A DNA stretch of 64,000 nt from Desulfobacteraceae bacterium. Its GTDB lineage: Bacteria; Desulfobacterota; Desulfobacteria; Desulfobacterales; SKZT01. The stretch is from the NCBI GenBank assembly GCA_011389745.1, contig JAABTQ010000008.1:61497-125496 (forward strand), read 5' to 3'. Shown here one piece after another: positions 31,244 through 41,235 of this stretch (positions are counted from its first letter, which is position 1; each line of letters opens with the position of its first letter). A program made the position numbers and the translations under genes. A model generated the notes under the pieces. That model had not been told where the DNA came from. It searched no databases and saw only the letters and a program-made list of their open reading frames with translations.

Positions 31244-32262
31244 ATTCCTTGAAATCACACCTGATAAGAAGGATTCTCACTGTCTGCACGATCCTTTCCA
31301 TTTTTCTTTTATGCACAATGATTCTTGGACTTTCGACAGGATCTTCAGGGGGAGATGTTGTAAACGGAATCAAGATGGTTTTTTCTTTTTTTACTGATGA
31401 TTCGTCTAAAGATGAGATGATGCAGACCATTATCTGGCAAATTCGTTTTCCAAGGGTGCTTCTCGCAGCCTTGGTGGGAGCAACTTTGTCATTGGGAGGA
31501 CTTGTTTTTCAGGCCCTGCTCAGAAATCCTCTGGCCGAACCTTATATTTTGGGAATTTCCGGTGGTTCCGCCATCGGAGCTATCCTGGGGATTATAATAG
31601 GCTTGTCCCGATTTCCAGGGGTTGCCGGCACGGCTTTTGTTGGAAGTATGGGTACCCTTGCGTTGGTTTTGGTTATGGCTTCAGGACAGACTGTCTTGAA
31701 AAAAGATTCTTTACTGCTGTCCGGAGTCATGGTGAATGCCTTTTGTTCCGCAGTGATTATGTTTTTAATTTCGTTAACTCAGGATTCCCGAATTCATAAT
31801 ATATTGTTTTGGCTCATGGGGGACCTTTCTCTTGCAGATATGAACCAGGTAATGATCCTGGCGGCAACGGTTTTACCTTGCTTTCTGCTGATATTTTGCC
31901 TTTCTAACCCCATGAACCTTATGCTCATGGGAAAAGAAATGGCACGGTCCATGGGGGTTAATATCAAAGCGGTAACGATTATATTGCTGGTGACAACCTC
32001 TTTTATGATCAGTTCGACCGTCAGTCAGAGCGGACTTATTGGATTTGTGGGATTGGTCATGCCGCATATGCTTCGGCTTTTGTTGGGGCCCGACCATCGT
32101 GTGATGGTTCCGGCCTGTATTGTCGGTGGGGCGGGTTTTATGGTAGCTTGTGATCTGTTGGCCAGGACTTTACCCGAACAGGGCGAAATTCCAATCGGGG
32201 TAATCACTGCCATTATTGGGGCTCCACTTTTTATCTTTTTGTTAAAAAGATCAAAATCATGA
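31240..32262 (+). CDS. FecCD-family ABC permease (BtuC-like)
   Basis: 340-aa multi-TM protein with motifs RFPRVLLAALVGA and GxIGFVGLVxPH. Start/stop overlap with its neighbours. Confidence 0.8.
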   Translation: MNSLKSHLIRRILTVCTILSIFLLCTMILGLSTGSSGGDVVNGIKMVFSFFTDDSSKDEMMQTIIWQIRFPRVLLAALVGATLSLGGLVFQALLRNPLAEPYILGISGGSAIGAILGIIIGLSRFPGVAGTAFVGSMGTLALVLVMASGQTVLKKDSLLLSGVMVNAFCSAVIMFLISLTQDSRIHNILFWLMGDLSLADMNQVMILAATVLPCFLLIFCLSNPMNLMLMGKEMARSMGVNIKAVTIILLVTTSFMISSTVSQSGLIGFVGLVMPHMLRLLLGPDHRVMVPACIVGGAGFMVACDLLARTLPEQGEIPIGVITAIIGAPLFIFLLKRSKS

Positions 32263-33122
32263 GTGAAGAAAAAAAACAAGCAGCCATTGAAGCAATGAAC
32301 CTCTCTTATTCCTACCATGATAATGATGTATTTAAAGATTTGTCTTTTACCGTTCCAAAAGGAGACTTTTTTATCATTATCGGACCTAACGGATCAGGCA
32401 AAACTACCCTGATGAAAGTGCTTTCCGGCATTGAAAAGCCCGAAAAAGGCAACCTTCATATATTGGGTAAAGCGATTGAAAGATATTCAAGAAGATCACT
32501 GGCCCAAACCGTTGCCATGGCGCCTCAGATGACAACAGTAGATTTTCCTTTTACTGTAAGGGAAATCGTTTTGATGGGCAGATCACCCTATAAAGGACTT
32601 TTGGGTTTTGATGATCAAACGGATATACGGATTGCAAAACAAGCCATGGCCTTCACTGAGGTGGAGCATCTGGCTGAGCGAAAGCTGGGGCAGCTTAGCG
32701 GTGGGGAACAGCAGCGGGTTTTAATCGCACGGGCCATTTGCCAGGAGCCCCAAATTATCCTTCTGGATGAACCTACCGCGTCTTTGGATCTTGCGCATCA
32801 GGTTCGTGTGATGGATCTGATGGAACAGCTTCAAAAGGAAAAAGGGGTAACGGTCATTATGGTATCCCATGATATCAATCTGGCCTGTATGTATGCCCAG
32901 TCTCTCCTGTTGATCAAAAACGGGCAAATTGTAAGTATCGGGCCTCCGGATCAGGTTTTAAATTATGAGACGTTGGAACATGCCTATGGATGTGCCCTTT
33001 TGGTGGATCAAAGCCCCCTTGGAGATTTTCCACGGATTACGCTGGTTCCCAAAAGATTCATCAAATCATCCCTGGTCAATTCATACCTTCAGAATAAGTG
33101 CTCTGGGTCAGAAATTCGGTGA
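32259..33122 (+). CDS. ABC transporter ATP-binding protein (BtuD/FepC-like)
   Basis: Walker [25 protein letters not shown]. Confidence 0.85.
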   Translation: MSEEKKQAAIEAMNLSYSYHDNDVFKDLSFTVPKGDFFIIIGPNGSGKTTLMKVLSGIEKPEKGNLHILGKAIERYSRRSLAQTVAMAPQMTTVDFPFTVREIVLMGRSPYKGLLGFDDQTDIRIAKQAMAFTEVEHLAERKLGQLSGGEQQRVLIARAICQEPQIILLDEPTASLDLAHQVRVMDLMEQLQKEKGVTVIMVSHDINLACMYAQSLLLIKNGQIVSIGPPDQVLNYETLEHAYGCALLVDQSPLGDFPRITLVPKRFIKSSLVNSYLQNKCSGSEIR

Positions 33123-33193
33123 CGTATTTATGATTCTATCAAAAAATGTCAAAATCCATGTTTTTTAAATCATTTGAGCGCTGAAGGCGCAAG

Positions 33194-33368
33194 ACATATC
33201 AGCCCAGGGCAACGCCCTGGGGCAGCAAGCCCCCAAATGAGGGAAGCCCTGAAAGGGCGTGACATAAAATGTCATTCCGCACGATGCCTACGGCCGTATG
33301 TCACGCCCTTTCAGGGCTTATGTTTCTTTAATTATTTTTCCCCAGGGCGTTGCCCTGGGCTGATATGT
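33194..33368. repeat. Nested long inverted repeat (REP/MITE-like palindromic element)
   Basis: The outer arms are a perfect 29 bp: ACATATCAGCCCAGGGCAACGCCCTGGGG (33194-33222) and its complement (33340-33368). The inner arms are a perfect 23 bp, AAGCCCTGAAAGGGCGTGACATA and its complement. Each arm is itself hairpin-forming. Confidence 0.8.
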
Positions 33369-33476
33369 AACGGCCTTTCAGGCCTGACTTTTTGCGTCAT
33401 CGTATTTATGCCGGTTTGCACTAAGACGTCACGAATTTAATTTGATAAGGAAAATAATTCTCAATATGCTGATAAC

Positions 33477-33517
33477 TCGACAGTCCAAAGTTCTCCGTCA
33501 TGCCAAACTTGATCCGG
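33477..33517. repeat. Inverted copy of the 13301-13342 repeat
   Basis: TCGACAGTCCAAAGTTCTCCGTCATGCCAAACTTGATCCGG compared with the reverse complement of 13301-13342 shows about 3 mismatches. Confidence 0.7.
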
Positions 33518-33748
33518 CATCCAGAAAAACCAGCTTTTTGAATCCACTTGGATTCCGGCCTTAGCTTGAATGACGATACAATAAGATCATAATCATTGAT
33601 TCCAGGTACTTACGTAGACTTAAGACTGTCAAGCTGATAAGATAAATTTTAAAAATTGAATATTCCATTGATTTTTTTTCTGATTATAAGATATAGTTCA
33701 GAATTCAAATAACATTTCTGAATAATTGTGAAAAAAACACGAGGTGAA

Positions 33749-34102
33749 ATGAAACTCTCTGAGATTCAGAAGAGTCTTGATGCAACAATTCTTTATGGTC
33801 ATGACAGACTGGAAGATGACGTTTTTGCATGCGGAGCAGCGGATCTCATGGAAGATGTTCTTCAGGCAACAGCCAAAGGTGCGGTGCTTTTAACCGGTTT
33901 AACAACTGTTGATGTCGTGCGGATTTGCACAATTATGGAAATTTGCGCAGTGGTTTTTGTCAGGGGTAAAATGCCCGATGACGGCACGCTGGAATTGGCC
34001 AAATCCTATAACTTGCCGGTATTAACAACCAACCGGTCTTTATTTGTCTCCTGTGGACGTCTTTATATGCAAGGGCTCAGGGGATTGGACGGTTACTGGT
34101 AA
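33749..34102 (+). CDS. DRTGG domain-containing protein
   Basis: MKLSEI...ACGAADLMEDVL...VLLTGLTT resembles the DRTGG domain. ATG 33749 follows an AGGTGA SD. Confidence 0.6.
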   Translation: MKLSEIQKSLDATILYGHDRLEDDVFACGAADLMEDVLQATAKGAVLLTGLTTVDVVRICTIMEICAVVFVRGKMPDDGTLELAKSYNLPVLTTNRSLFVSCGRLYMQGLRGLDGYW

Positions 34103-34165
34103 AACAATGAGCGACATCATTACTGTGAATTTGTTATATAACACCTCAATATTCCAGGGCGTTTA

Positions 34166-34789
34166 TTAATGTGATCCGTTAAAGCTGGTGACGAGCATTC
34201 GGTATTCTCCCTTAAACCATTCCCGCTTTATCATCCTGTCTTGTGAAATGGACATGGAATTTTTTTCAAGAAGGTCAAAGAAATCATTTTCATAAGTAAC
34301 CGATCCGAAGTCAATAGTGGTAAAGTGTTTCAATTTCGGCTTGATCATTTCCATCAATTTGAATCTATCCTTATACATTGTTTGAAAAAACAGTACATTG
34401 CCGTCCGGCTTAATCCAATTTCTCACAAGATCCAGAACAAGCTGCTGATTTTCAAACAACATAAAACTCATGCTGAAAAGAACAAAATCAAAGTAATGAT
34501 TTTCAGGAGGTGAATATGACTCAACAGCTTCGTGGTATATCTCAATATAGTCCTCAAGATGATGAGAGTCGATCAATGACTTGCAGTGTTTCAGATAACT
34601 CTTGTTAATATCAATACCGGTAATTTTTAGATTTTTAGCCTTAATAATATGATGAAAATTTTCCAGCATGACACCGTTTCCTATCCCCACATCCAGAATT
34701 CTTGTCTTTGGAAGGAAACAATCCAGACTATTTTCATAACAATAATTTGTCACATTTTTGATGATCAGTTTATACAATAAATTTTTCAT
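34166..34789 (-). CDS. Class I SAM-dependent methyltransferase
   Basis: Motif I ILDVGIGNG and the post-I acidic residue pattern. Confidence 0.65.
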   Translation of the reverse strand: MKNLLYKLIIKNVTNYCYENSLDCFLPKTRILDVGIGNGVMLENFHHIIKAKNLKITGIDINKSYLKHCKSLIDSHHLEDYIEIYHEAVESYSPPENHYFDFVLFSMSFMLFENQQLVLDLVRNWIKPDGNVLFFQTMYKDRFKLMEMIKPKLKHFTTIDFGSVTYENDFFDLLEKNSMSISQDRMIKREWFKGEYRMLVTSFNGSH

Positions 34790-34931
34790 AGTCTTCTAGT
34801 TCCAATCAGCTTTTTTTAATAAAATATTTAACCCAACATTATGGAAAAGCATAATATGTTATAAAAAAAAATCAAGCTAAAATTTTACATAGTAGGATTT
34901 TAATGGCGAAGCAATGTTTCGTAATTGGAAT

Positions 34932-35609
34932 TTAAGAAACAGGAAAATATTTTCTGATGTTTCCATTGCCTCCGATAATTTTTTGAATTTCTTGGGTGAT
35001 CAGATTTCTCTCAATAATTTTTTCCAGGGAATCAGTTCCTTTTTCAAGCCGTTTCAGGGTTGACGTCATCTCAAGGAAAACCTGCTTTTCTTCAGGAGTA
35101 AACCCGTCGCTTCCGGCGATTAAAAATGAAATGCCCTTATAATCCAGCTTTTTTAACAACCGCAGTCCTTCTTCCTTTGGCGGAACACTTTCAATTTGCC
35201 ATAAAAGATTTATACCTCTGGCTGCTATATCTTCCCATTCCCGGGAAATGCTTTCGATTTCATCATCAAAAAATATTACTTCTGATTCAAGATAAGCTTT
35301 TGATTCCACAAGCTTCCTTATGAAAAATCGTTTTTGGCCGACACAAAAGATATCCATTTTTCCATCGTCGTATTGCTTCAAAACCTTTATAATGACGGCG
35401 CTGCACCCGATATCCTGTATTTGATGACCATTGAACAAAACAATTCCGAATGCTTTGTTTTGATCAAGGCACTCATTTATCATTAGCTTGTAACGGTCCT
35501 CAAATATGTGAAGGGGAAGCGGCATGCCTGGAAAAAGAACCAGGCCCAGAGGAAAAAGTGGTATTGTGGCCTTTTTAATCATTGCATTCAATCTTTTGCT
35601 CTTCTTCAA
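34932..35609 (-). CDS. LON substrate-binding (Lon N-terminal) domain protein
   Basis: IPLFPLGLVLFPGMPLPLHIFEDRYKLMI is the LON_substr_bdg signature. ATGA overlap with the alaS stop. Confidence 0.75.
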   Translation of the reverse strand: MKKSKRLNAMIKKATIPLFPLGLVLFPGMPLPLHIFEDRYKLMINECLDQNKAFGIVLFNGHQIQDIGCSAVIIKVLKQYDDGKMDIFCVGQKRFFIRKLVESKAYLESEVIFFDDEIESISREWEDIAARGINLLWQIESVPPKEEGLRLLKKLDYKGISFLIAGSDGFTPEEKQVFLEMTSTLKRLEKGTDSLEKIIERNLITQEIQKIIGGNGNIRKYFPVS

Positions 35610-38230
35610 ATCATATTGAAAACTTTTTCCAGAGCCATATCCAGGTGTTCGGGTTTATCACCGCCTGCCTGAGCCATATCCGGTCTGCCACCGCCGCCTC
35701 CCCCGACATAGGCGGCAACTTTCTTGATAATTTCCCCAGCATGGTATCGGTTGGTGAGATCCTTGGTAACAACGGCAATTAAAAACACTTTGGAACCTTC
35801 AGTGCTCCCCAGCACCACAATACCGGATTGGATTTTATCTCTGAATTTATCTGCCAGATCCCTTAACGCGGCAGGTTTGTCTGCACTAACCCGCTTGGCA
35901 AGAACTTTAATGTCGTTGACCATCTTAATGTCATCCTCACTCTGCCCTGCAGATATCGTGGCTATTTTGGCTTTAAGACGTTCCATGTCTTTTTCAAGGG
36001 ATTTTTGAGATGACAGAAGCTTTTCGAAGCGTTGTGAAAGATTTTCAGGTTTGTCCTTAATTATCCTTGACAGATCCTGAAGAATACGCTCGTTTTTCTG
36101 AATAAATTCAACAGCGGCTTTACCGGTGACAGCTTCGATTCTTCGAACTCCTGATGCAACACTGTATTCGCTGATTATTTTAAACAAACCGATATTTCCG
36201 GTTCGGCTGGTGTGGGTACCTCCGCAAAGTTCTTTGCTAAAATCCGATAAGGATACCACTCGTACACGATCGCCGTATTTTTCTTCAAAAAGTGCTGTGG
36301 CCCCGGTTTTGAAAGCTTCTTCGGCATCCATTTCCACTGTACCGACACTCACATTTTCCCGTATTTTATTATTAACTATGGTTTCGATTTTTTCGATGGT
36401 TTCGGGGGCTACCTGAGAAAAATGGGTGAAGTCGAAACGAAGATGACCCGGACCCACCATGGAGCCTGCCTGTTTGACATGATCTCCGAGAGTCTGCCTT
36501 AGCGAGGCATGTAGGATGTGTGTGGCAGTGTGGTTTAATGCAGTGGCGTTACGGTCGTGGCTGTCCACGGTAAGGGTGACCATATCGCCTTTTGTGATTT
36601 TTCCGGATAAAATTTTTCCTTTATGAATGATCAATCCGGTGGGGTCTTTGATGGTATCTGAAACCTCCAGTTCGAAATTTTCCCCGGTGATTTTTCCGCT
36701 ATCTCCTACCTGCCCCCCGGCTTCTCCGTAAAATGGTGTAAGTTCGGTGACCACTTCGACAATTTTTCCTTCCCGAGATTTATTGACTTCATGCCCTTCC
36801 TCAGCAATCAGTATTACCCTGGACTCCGCCATTGTGAGATCATATCCGACAAATTCAGGTTTATATCCACGACCGGACAATTCTTTAAAAGCCTCACCTA
36901 CGCTGGTAAAGGAAGTCATGGAACGGGATTTTTCCCTTTGCTTTTCCATGGCACTTTCAAAACCAGCCAGATCAAGGGCTATTTTTTGGTCGCGGACAAC
37001 ATCCTGAACAATGTCCACAGGGAACCCAAAGGTGTCGTAAAGTTTGAAAATAACACTGCCGGGCACCTGAGTCTCCCCTTTGGCTTTTATCTCAGATAAG
37101 GTCTCATCCAGAAGCTTCAGGCCGTGATCAAGGGTTTCGGCAAACCGGATCTCTTCATTTTCTATGACATTGGTGATAAATGCAGAGCCGTTCAAAAGCT
37201 CCGGATAGGCCGGTCTCATGATATCAAAAACCACCTCAACGGTTTTGTGTAAAAAAGGTTTAGTCAGACCGATATTTCTTCCGTAACGTATGGCCCTTCG
37301 CATAATTCGGCGAAGAACATACCCTCTGCCTTCATTAGAAGGAAGAATCCCATCACCGATCAAAAAGGCTGCTGCACGGCTGTGGTCGGCAATGACTTTC
37401 ATAGCGACATCTGTTTGGAATGATTCACCAATAGCCTTTTCAGACAGGTTTTCCACTTTTTTCATTATGGGAAAAAGAAGGTCGGTATCAAAGTTGGTGG
37501 GAACATCCTGAACAATGGCGGTCATACGTTCAAGACCCAATCCGGTATCGATGCTTGGTTTGGGTAGCGGAGTCAATTTTCCTGATGTATCCCGGTTAAA
37601 TTGCATAAACACCAGGTTCCAGATTTCCAGCCACCGATCACAATCGCAGCCAAGGGCACAATCCGGTTTTCCACATCCGTACTTTTTCCCACGGTCCAGG
37701 TGAATTTCACTGCATGGACCGCATGGTCCCGTATCTCCCATAGCCCAGAAATTGTCTTTTTCACCAAAACGTGCAATCTTTTCTGCGGGAACACCGATTT
37801 GTTTGTTCCATATGTCATGGGCCTGGTCATCATCGAGATAAATGGAAACCCATAGGTTGTCCGGGTCCAGACCATATCCATTGGTAAGAAGGTCCCACCC
37901 GAAATCAATGGCTTTTTCCTTAAAATAATCTCCGAAAGAAAAATTTCCGAGCATTTCAAAAAAAGTGTGATGACGGGCTGTATAGCCGACATTTTCCAGG
38001 TCGTTGTGTTTGCCGCCCGCGCGTACGCATTTTTGAGAGGTTGTTGCTCTGTTATATCCGCGATTTTCTTCTCCCAAAAAGATACGTTTGAACTGGACCA
38101 TTCCGGCGTTGGTAAATAAAAGCGTAGGATCGTCCTGGGGTACCAGGGAAGAACTTCTGACAATCTGATGGCCGTGTTTTTGAAAATACTCAAGGAATTT
38201 ATTTCTGACTTCATTACCTGTCATGGTCAT
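35606..38230 (-). CDS. alaS: Alanine--tRNA ligase
   Basis: 874 aa with FTNAGMVQFK, the editing-domain HxxxH (HTATHILH) and CGGTH, and a C-terminal DHHA1. Confidence 0.95.
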   Translation of the reverse strand: MTMTGNEVRNKFLEYFQKHGHQIVRSSSLVPQDDPTLLFTNAGMVQFKRIFLGEENRGYNRATTSQKCVRAGGKHNDLENVGYTARHHTFFEMLGNFSFGDYFKEKAIDFGWDLLTNGYGLDPDNLWVSIYLDDDQAHDIWNKQIGVPAEKIARFGEKDNFWAMGDTGPCGPCSEIHLDRGKKYGCGKPDCALGCDCDRWLEIWNLVFMQFNRDTSGKLTPLPKPSIDTGLGLERMTAIVQDVPTNFDTDLLFPIMKKVENLSEKAIGESFQTDVAMKVIADHSRAAAFLIGDGILPSNEGRGYVLRRIMRRAIRYGRNIGLTKPFLHKTVEVVFDIMRPAYPELLNGSAFITNVIENEEIRFAETLDHGLKLLDETLSEIKAKGETQVPGSVIFKLYDTFGFPVDIVQDVVRDQKIALDLAGFESAMEKQREKSRSMTSFTSVGEAFKELSGRGYKPEFVGYDLTMAESRVILIAEEGHEVNKSREGKIVEVVTELTPFYGEAGGQVGDSGKITGENFELEVSDTIKDPTGLIIHKGKILSGKITKGDMVTLTVDSHDRNATALNHTATHILHASLRQTLGDHVKQAGSMVGPGHLRFDFTHFSQVAPETIEKIETIVNNKIRENVSVGTVEMDAEEAFKTGATALFEEKYGDRVRVVSLSDFSKELCGGTHTSRTGNIGLFKIISEYSVASGVRRIEAVTGKAAVEFIQKNERILQDLSRIIKDKPENLSQRFEKLLSSQKSLEKDMERLKAKIATISAGQSEDDIKMVNDIKVLAKRVSADKPAALRDLADKFRDKIQSGIVVLGSTEGSKVFLIAVVTKDLTNRYHAGEIIKKVAAYVGGGGGGRPDMAQAGGDKPEHLDMALEKVFNMI

Positions 38231-38325
38231 GTTTTACTCCACTCAAAATATTGTTCGGTTGTCAGTAAGCAGTTGCCGATGGTTATTTGTTTGCAGCATG
38301 AAAAATAACCATAAACGAAAACGTT

Positions 38326-39375
38326 TCAGTCGGACTTTTTGGGTGTATTTTTTTCCACCTTGGTACGGAGTTGTTCATCGGGCTTTTCAAGGCCTAATTG
38401 TTGCCTGATTTTCCGATACATGGAATCAAAAATATCCTGATTGTCCATTAGAAATTTTTTAACGTTTTCGCGGCCTTGTCCAATTCTCTCGCCATTGAAA
38501 GAATACCATGATCCGCTTTTTTCAACAACATTGCTTTCAACACCTATGTCAAGAATTTCGCCTGTTTTTGAAATTCCTTCCCCGTACATAATATCAAATT
38601 CAACTTCTTTAAAAGGAGGAGCCATTTTGTTTTTTACCACACGCACTTTAGTGCGGTTTCCAACCACATCCTGACCTTCTTTGATAGCGCTGGAGCGTCG
38701 AATATCAAGTCTGACGGAGGAGTAAAATTTAAGGGCATTTCCACCGGTTGTTGTTTCAGGATTTCCGAAAACGACACCGATTTTCATTCGGATCTGGTTG
38801 ATAAAAATAACCGCTGTGTTGGTTTTGCCTATAGTACCCGTCAGCTTTCTCAAAGCCTGGCTCATCAGACGAGCCTGAAGCCCCATGTGGGAGTCTCCCA
38901 TCTCTCCTTCTATTTCAGCTCTTGGTACCAGGGCCGCAACAGAGTCAATGACCAGGCAATCTATGGCCCCGCTTCTGACCAGCATGTCTGCAATTTCAAG
39001 AGCTTGTTCACCAGTGTCTGGTTGTGCTACCAGCAATTCTTCACAATTTACACCCAGTTTACGGGCATATGAAGTATCTAGTGCATGTTCGGCATCTATA
39101 AATGCGGCAATTCCATTTTTTTTTTGAGCCTCTGCAATAGCATGGAGTGCGAGGGTTGTTTTGCCGGAGGATTCCGGGCCAAAAATTTCGGTTACTCGTC
39201 CTCTAGGAATTCCACCAATGCCTAGTGCTTTATCCAAAGCAATAGATCCTGTAGATATCACGGGAACTTCCACAATGGGCCGACTTCCCAGTTTCATGAT
39301 AGAACCTTTTCCGAACTGACGTTCAATCTGGGTCATGGCGGTTTCAACGGCCCGGTCCTTGTCTGGCGTATTCAT
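38326..39375 (-). CDS. recA: Recombinase RecA
   Basis: 349 aa with [10 protein letters not shown] and [14 protein letters not shown]. Confidence 0.95.
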   Translation of the reverse strand: MNTPDKDRAVETAMTQIERQFGKGSIMKLGSRPIVEVPVISTGSIALDKALGIGGIPRGRVTEIFGPESSGKTTLALHAIAEAQKKNGIAAFIDAEHALDTSYARKLGVNCEELLVAQPDTGEQALEIADMLVRSGAIDCLVIDSVAALVPRAEIEGEMGDSHMGLQARLMSQALRKLTGTIGKTNTAVIFINQIRMKIGVVFGNPETTTGGNALKFYSSVRLDIRRSSAIKEGQDVVGNRTKVRVVKNKMAPPFKEVEFDIMYGEGISKTGEILDIGVESNVVEKSGSWYSFNGERIGQGRENVKKFLMDNQDIFDSMYRKIRQQLGLEKPDEQLRTKVEKNTPKKSD

Positions 39376-39406
39376 GTTACCTCCTGCTCAATTGACGGCA
39401 CCCATT

Positions 39407-40021
39407 TTAAATTGTAAGTCCTCGGTGATCAGACTCTGATTTTTTGGGGCCATCCAAATAGACGGTTTGAAGTTTGGTGTATATAGCTCCCGAAGGTTTT
39501 AATTCACTTTTATAAAGAACCAGTTGTTTTACCTCAAAGGGTTCTGATGCAAAATCCGTAAAGGATCCAAGAATATCAAATAATGTTCCAGGATGAATCC
39601 TGCCTCTAAATCTGCCTAAAGTCAGATGACTTTTAAAGGGTCTGTTTTCTTTTGCAAATCCAATTTGTTCCATATGGGTTTCCAGGTTCGCCTGAATATC
39701 CGAAAGTGGTTTGACATCTCCGGATATTCCGATCCAGAGGACCCGAGGTTTTTTTATACCCGGAAACACCCCCGGCCCTTTTGTAAAAAGTGTCAAAGGC
39801 GCGCACTCCACGACCGTAAGCTCCATCACCCCGGCAATACCCTCTATGGTGCTTACAGGAATCTCACCTAAAAATTTGAGGGTCAAATGAACGCTTTCAG
39901 GTCTGACCCACCGGACAGGGAGCCGAAGAGATTTAAGCCGTTCCTGAATATCGCAAATTCGGGTTGTAATCAATTCCGGAAGCGGGATTGCAACAAATGC
40001 TCTGATGGATAGGTTCATCAC
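39407..40021 (-). CDS. thpR: RNA 2',3'-cyclic phosphodiesterase (2'-5' RNA ligase family, ThpR/LigT)
   Basis: Two HxTx motifs: HLTLKFLG and HLTLGR. Confidence 0.8.
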   Translation of the reverse strand: MMNLSIRAFVAIPLPELITTRICDIQERLKSLRLPVRWVRPESVHLTLKFLGEIPVSTIEGIAGVMELTVVECAPLTLFTKGPGVFPGIKKPRVLWIGISGDVKPLSDIQANLETHMEQIGFAKENRPFKSHLTLGRFRGRIHPGTLFDILGSFTDFASEPFEVKQLVLYKSELKPSGAIYTKLQTVYLDGPKKSESDHRGLTI

Positions 40022-40030
40022 CGTTCACAT

Positions 40031-41200
40031 TCAACAGCAGGGTAGCGTAAATTGCGGTTCTCCAAGAAAAAAATTTCCCTCTGAAATCCAGGTTTTCAGG
40101 ATATCTGCGATTTGCCTTGCTTTAACCATGCTTGACAAAGGCACCGTGGGTACTTTTTTGTCATTTATCTGAATGGATCCGCTTTTTAGCTGGGCGTAAC
40201 TGACCTGGCCATAACTTCTTGAAATCCCATTGGGATAGTCATTTCCATAGTCAATAATCTGAGTAAAAATCTCGTCATCGGAAATGGCTGTGTATTGGAC
40301 GATTTCCTCATTGAGAACAGGAATGGGAATGCCCAAACCTACAGCAAGTGATACACCGTACCCTCTGATGCTAAGTCCCACAAGCCATTTGGGGCTCATC
40401 TGTTTCATATCCCCCATAACAAAAAGAGTGCCCGAAGGTGAAAGGGGAACACCTTTCTCAGTTCGTTTTACCGATGGCTTGTGTTGTGTGCCGGACCAGG
40501 TGATATAACCCTGTCCGCCTCCTAAAAATATTCTTGTACCCAACCCGATTGTTTTATAGAGAGGGTCGTTAAACAAAGGGCTGAGTTGACCGGCGGAACA
40601 ATAGTTTGCGTTTCCGGCCTTTGGTTTCAAAGTTCCCATATAGGTAAATATGGTTTTATTGGACAAATTAATGGCACAGTTATAATTCTGATAACCATTT
40701 CTTGGGTTGCATAGCAGGGCATATGGAAGATCGCTCAGGGTCAGTTCCTTTTCCATGGATTTTTTTGGATAGCAATCCGTGCCATAGGCTGTTGCTTTAA
40801 AGAGTATGGTTTTGCCGGCAACAAGATCTTGAATGACATGTGCACCGCCATAATTAAATTGTCCGGGGTGTACTTTTGTTAAAGGGTCGTCTTCGGAGGG
40901 CTCTGTTGCCCCCAAATAGCAATCCACGGCGGCCAGTCCGCCATAAGCCGGTACGTTATTGAACCATACTTTTGATGCCTTGATTGTTGGAACACTATGT
41001 CCGAAATTGATAAATGCACCCGAGGAACACATGGGAGCGAATGTTCCCGTAGTGACCACATCCACCTGCTTTGCGGCCTCAATGGGTCCTTTTTCCCTGA
41101 CAATGTCGATTATTTCCTCGGCCGTTACAACAACGACATCCCCATTTTTAATTTTCTCGTTAATTTCTTTTATGGATTTGTTGACCTTATATTGAGGCAT
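40031..41200 (-). CDS. DUF39/COG1900-family protein (homocysteine biosynthesis, L-aspartate-semialdehyde sulfurtransferase-like)
   Basis: 389 aa. VVTTGTFAPMCSSGAFINFGH... and GGGQGYI... resemble the methanogen-type homocysteine-synthesis protein family (recalled, not searched). Confidence 0.65.
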   Translation of the reverse strand: MPQYKVNKSIKEINEKIKNGDVVVVTAEEIIDIVREKGPIEAAKQVDVVTTGTFAPMCSSGAFINFGHSVPTIKASKVWFNNVPAYGGLAAVDCYLGATEPSEDDPLTKVHPGQFNYGGAHVIQDLVAGKTILFKATAYGTDCYPKKSMEKELTLSDLPYALLCNPRNGYQNYNCAINLSNKTIFTYMGTLKPKAGNANYCSAGQLSPLFNDPLYKTIGLGTRIFLGGGQGYITWSGTQHKPSVKRTEKGVPLSPSGTLFVMGDMKQMSPKWLVGLSIRGYGVSLAVGLGIPIPVLNEEIVQYTAISDDEIFTQIIDYGNDYPNGISRSYGQVSYAQLKSGSIQINDKKVPTVPLSSMVKARQIADILKTWISEGNFFLGEPQFTLPCC

Positions 41201-41235
41201 TTAATTTAAGAACTCCCTGATTTGCATATTTTTGA

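Noticed and set aside
33174-33440. 88-aa plus-strand ORF (MSAEGARHISPGQRPGAASPQ...)
   Set aside because: It is the translation of the nested inverted repeat. There is no SD, the arms encode mirror-like low-complexity peptides, and it is better explained as a palindromic repeat element.
34107-34169. 20-codon ORF MSDIITVNLLYNTSIFQGVY* after the DRTGG gene
   Set aside because: It is too short, has no SD, and lies in the convergent terminator gap.
37573-38214. Long ORFs nested inside large genes (also 24643..25284 in secA, 10737..11258 and 9276..9767 in the kinase, 20073..20633 in gdhA, 22197..22730, 43892..44374)
   Set aside because: They lie entirely inside, antisense to, or out of frame with strongly supported conserved genes. 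These are typical shadow ORFs.
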